Assembly: GCA_002104905.1 (NCBI GenBank)
Contig: MCFE01000102.1
Coordinates: forward strand, 1 to 64,000
DNA length: 64,000 nucleotides
Source of the DNA: Basidiobolus meristosporus CBS 931.73
Taxonomy: Eukaryota > Fungi > Basidiobolomycota
Direction: 5' to 3'
Position 1 is the first letter of the stretch, and every line of letters starts with the position of its first letter. The notes below the pieces were generated by a model. The model was not told the DNA's origin. It did no database searches and saw only the letters and a program-made list of their open reading frames with translations. Made by a program: the position numbers and the translations under genes. Positions 59,377-64,000 of the stretch are shown here, in pieces.

Positions 59377-62300
59377 TGTTGTAAAAATTTGTATTTCCAC
59401 CTAAATATTCACCTAACTTAGTCACTTAGATCATCACCTTCAAATCCTAGCAAATATTGACCAAAATTCCTTGTTGGGATCTACTTAGAATATTTACCCA
59501 GAACATGAAAATTCTCAAAGTTGTCCAAGCAGCCCCAAAATTTGCACACATGTTCTAGGGGCCTTACTTAGCCTATTCTCTGTGTTTGTTATGCCAAGAC
59601 CAGGTAAAAGTATAAATACTACTTTTACATTCAATAAATCATTAAGTGAAAACCACATAATCTACTTGTTCTCCCAATCACTTCCAATATCTCCAAGACT
59701 CTTACAACAGGTTATGAGTCCCAAGCTGTCACTCTCTGCAATGTCCACTACTGCAATTACTGGAATTTTTCCCTCTGCTGAAAAGTTGGATGGATCTGAA
59801 TACCAAGTGTGGAAGGTGAAGATGAAGATGCTGCTACAAGAAAGAGGCCTTTGGGATATTGCCATGGGAGAAGAATACCCTCCTAAAAACGTGGGAGAGG
59901 AAGCCTTAAAGTACCAGAAGAAAGAACAAAGTGCCTTTAACTGCATTTGCCTTAATGTTAAGGACAAATTGCTAATTCAATGCTCAAGAGCAAAAACAGC
60001 AAAGAATGCCTGGAAAGCATTAGAAGACACCTACCAGTCATGTTCAGCTGCCAAGAAAATGTATCTGAGACAAAAATTCTTTACTACAAAGATGCTGCCA
60101 GGAGAAGAAATGAAAAATCTAATTAACAGAATTGCCCTGCTGTTAGATGAGATGGAATCTGTGGGCATACCAACTACTGATGAGGATGTGATAGTTACCA
60201 TCCTGAATAGCCTGACAGACAAGTTTTGGGGCCTTGTATCAGCCCTAGAGTCCAGAACTGAAGATTTGACCTTAAATTACATATATGGAAGGCTCCTGGA
60301 TGAAGAATTAAGAAAATCAAGTGCTAATAAGAAGGAAGAAGAAAATGCTTTAATAAGCAATGATAACCAACAAAGGAGGTACCCAAGACCCTACAAAGGC
60401 AATCGCAACCTGTTTTGTAACTACTGCAAAAGGAAAGGACACACATCAGACCAGTGTCTCAAAAAGAAAGATAATCAGCAAAAGATGCCTGAATATGGAA
60501 ATGCTGCAACCACTGAAGATAGACTATTCATATCTGCACTAAATATGACAACAAACAAGGATTCTCACACATGGTATTTTGACTCTGGAGCATCTCAACA
60601 CTTTACACACCAAAAAGAACTTTTTACCCAATATTGAGAAATTCCAATTAAGAAGGTTTTCATGGGTGACAATAGAACACTTGATGCAGTGGGAGAAGGA
60701 ACTATCCAAGTAAACCTTAGAAGCAGTGAAGGAAGCCATAAACTGACCTTTAAAGAAGTACTCTATGTACCAGAAATAGCCAAGAACCTACTCTCTGTAA
60801 GCAAGGCCACAGCAAAAGGACTCAGTTTCAGTTTTGACAATTCTGGATGCAGGATCACTGATCAAAATGGTGCCCATATTGCTTTGGGCATCAGAGATCA
60901 GAATCTATACAAATTGACTTATATTCCATCATATCTGGAAGCCAATATAAGTAACTTAAATGAAGAAACACCAATGCTTTGGCACAGGAGATTTGGACAC
61001 ATCAATTTTGATTATTTGCGTAAAATGATCAAAGATCAGCTAATTTCTGGAGTGAAAATTGATCCCCCAGCTAATTTGGAGCACTGTGAAGCCTGCATAT
61101 ATGGGAAGCAAGCCAGACAACCGTTCAAGAGCTCTGGGCTAACCAAAACTAAGAAAAAATTAGATCTAACTCACTCAGATCTGTGTGGACCTATGCAAAT
61201 TTATCCTTAGGTGGGATGAAGTATTTAATCACTTTTATTGATGATTATACAAGATACACATGGGTCTACTTCATGGAGAGAAAGGAAAAAGCTCTGTCTA
61301 AGTTCAGGGAGTTTAAAGCCATGGTGGAGAGAGAAACTGGTGAAAAAATCAAGAAAATACACTCTGACAATGGTTGAGAATATACCTCAAAACTCTTCAT
61401 CCACTTCTGCAAAATATATGGGATAAAGCAAGAGACTACTGTACCATACTCCCCACAGCAAAATGTAGTAGCAGAACGTGCTAACAGATCAATAATTGAT
61501 ATGGCAGATCTATGATCCATGATCAAAAATTATCCTATGATTTTTGGGCCAAATCAGTTGCCACTGCTGTATACCTTAAAAATAGGAGTTATAACAGAAT
61601 ACTTTGCAATTTTACTCCATTTGAAGCATGGTATGTATACAGACCAAGTGCAGAACATCTAAGAATATTTGGGTGTACAGCATATGCCAAAAAACTGGCC
61701 GGAAATCAGTCAAAATTTGAGCCAAAAAGTGTAAAATGCATACTTTTGGGCTACTGCAATGCGAGTAAGGCATGCAGACTGTACAATACCAAAGCAAAGA
61801 AGCTGATAAAGTCCAGGGATGTGTTGTTTGATAAAAATGCAAAATTTTCACAAAAAATGACATCATATGATGACAAAAATTTGATCTCAAGTCCACCAAT
61901 TGTCAGGATTGAATCAGAGCAAAACAATGAATATTTTTTCACTCCAGAGGACTCAACAACCGTGGTTCAGCCAGAATCAGTGCCCAGGAATATCCCAGAA
62001 GTGATCATTCCAGAATCAAATGCCTGGAGATCCAATTGGACAAGAAATAGCCCAAATTACTATATCAATGAGGTACAAACTTAGCCTATACCTATTCAGT
62101 CCATATTGATGAACCCCAGACTGTAAAAGAGGCCCTAAATAGCCCTCAGACAAAGTTTTGGAGATCTGCAATGACTGAGGAATATCAGGCCCTGATGGAA
62201 AATCAAACTTGGGACATAGTCAAATTACCAATCAACCAAAAATTAATTGGATGCAGATGGGTCTTCAAGACAAAATACAGGGCTGATGGTACATTGAAAG

Positions 62301-64000
62301 ATACAAAGCAAGACTTGTAGCCAAAGGATACTCTCAAACAAAAGGACTTGCCTATACTGAGACCTTTGCACTGGTAGCCAAGGTTAATTCCATCAGATTA
62401 ATATTGGTTATTGCAGCCAAATATAAGTTTTTATTCATCAAATGGATGTAAAAACAGCATTTTTGAATAGAGAACTTGATGAGGCCATGTATATGGACCA
62501 GCCTGATGGGTTTGTTGACCAAGATAACCCCCATTTGGTCTGCAAGCTTAAAAAGTCACTATATGGTCTCAAACAATCACCAAGAGCCTGGAATTGCAAG
62601 ATAGATTCATATTTGGAATCTTTGAGTTTCAAAAGGAGTAATGCTGACTATAGTATATACTATAAGCCAGATAGAGCAAATCCAGTTCTATTAGCTCTAT
62701 ATGTGGATGATCTTATTATAGCCGCCAATAACCTAGAAACATTGGAAGAGACTAAATCCAGCCTATCTAAGGAGTTCAAGATGTCCAATCTAGGAGAACT
62801 TAGTTACTACTTAGGGATTAAGTTCTCCATAGACAGAAGTACCCAGAATATCACCCTAAGCCAATCCAAGTATATTCAAGATATACTAAAGAAGTACAAA
62901 ATGGAAGACTGTAAACCGGCAGCAACACCAATGGAGACAAACCTCAACTTGGTGAAAACGCAACCAAATCAAGAGAGCTTGGTGCCATCTAAAAGCCCTG
63001 ACTGTCCTTATCAATCTATGGTTGGCAGTCTGATGTTCCTCATGCCTGGAACATGTCCAGATATCTCATATTCAGTGGGAGTTGTCAGCCAACATAATCA
63101 GAACTATGGATCTGATCATATTGCAGCAGTTAGGCGGATTTTTAGATACCTAAAAGGAACTGCTGATATCTGCTTAAGATACACTTATAAGGATTCAGAA
63201 CAGGATCTTGTAGGATACTCAGATGCTGATTGGGGACAAAATTTAGAAGACAGAAGTTCCACCACTGGATAAATATTTCATTACTGTAAAGGAGCAATTT
63301 CATGGAATTCACGAAAGCAACCAACCATGGCACTTTCCACCACAGAGGCAGAGTATATGGCAGCCTGTGAAGCCACAAAAGAAGCAATGTGGCTAAGAAA
63401 ACTTTTTACAGATTTAGGCCTATGTCAAAAAATGCCTATTACTTTATTTCAAGATAATCAAGGATGTATTCAATTAAGTAGAAATTCAACTTTTCATGCT
63501 AGAACCAAGCACATTGATATTAGACATCATTTTATACATGAAGCTATAGAGAATAACTTGGTTAGCTTAGCTTACTGTCCTACAGATGAAATGATTGCAG
63601 ACATATTTACCAAACCATTAGCTAGAGACAAGTTTGAATATCTTAGGTCAAAATTAGGACTAGTCAGTATGAGCATTTAGCCAAGTGGGAGTGTTGTAAA
63701 AATTCATATTTCCACCTAAATATTCACCTAACTTAGTCACTTAGATCATCACCTTCAAATCCTAGAGAATACTGACCGAAATTCCTTGTTGGGATTTACT
63801 TAGAATATTTTCACCAAAATACCAGGTACCCAGAACATGAAAATTTTCAAAGTTGTCGAAACAGCCCCAAACTTTGCCCACATGTTCTTAGGATCTTCCT
63901 TAACCTATTCTACGTGTTTGTTATGCCAAGACCAGGTAAAAGTAAAAATACTACTTTTACATTCAATAAATCATTAAGTGAAAACCACATAATCTACTTG
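59377..64000 (+). mobile_element. Full-length but decayed Ty1/Copia LTR retrotransposon (5' LTR 59377-59709; 3' LTR from 63692, runs off the window)
   Basis: TG...CA LTRs, primer-binding site (PBS) GGTTATGAGTCCCAAG (Drosophila-copia-type internal tRNA-Met primer) and PPT AAGTGGGAG. Domain order is gag-PR-IN-RT-RH. Confidence 0.97.
59741..63680 (+). pseudogene. Copia gag-pol polyprotein with premature stops and frameshifts
   Basis: Zn knuckle CNYCKRKGHTSDQC, protease WYFDSGAS, integrase HSDLCGP/FIDDYTR/SDNG, RT MDVKTAFLN and YVDD, RNase H YSDADW/DNQG/ADIFTKPL. TGA stops at 60635 and 61375; 1-bp deletions at ~61200 and ~61505. Confidence 0.95.

Noticed and set aside
1-64000. tRNA, rRNA or CRISPR arrays
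   Set aside because: No cloverleaf with a T-loop/B-box context, no rRNA-like sequence and no repeat-spacer array were found. The genome is eukaryotic.

Overview
Eukaryotic genomic DNA from a fungus. Short GT-AG introns with CTAAC-like branch points and the gene content fit an early-diverging lineage, possibly Zoopagomycota or Basidiobolus-like; this taxon call is inference. Recognisable genes: catalase, allantoicase (DAL2), a POT/PTR2 peptide transporter, a bacterial-type SAM methyltransferase, two intronless 7TM-RGS receptor paralogs, a P5-type ATPase with an unusual signal peptide and Cys-rich ectodomain, an S10 serine carboxypeptidase, ECO1, and two near-identical PHO84-type phosphate transporters in a head-to-head inverted repeat. 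SRP9 and TIM10 were reconstructed by splicing and are absent from the ORF track. Several secreted or surface proteins are uncharacterised: a (YGPFRR)5 Kex2-type repeat precursor, and a five-member cluster with a conserved ~65-aa domain plus a variable Gly/Trp/Asn/Gln tail. One Ty1/Copia family is pervasive, with a decayed full-length copy at 59.4-64 kb and about ten solo, partial or nested LTR copies, most strongly CpG-depleted. No tRNA, rRNA or CRISPR features were seen. All alignments, splice models and counts were done by eye.
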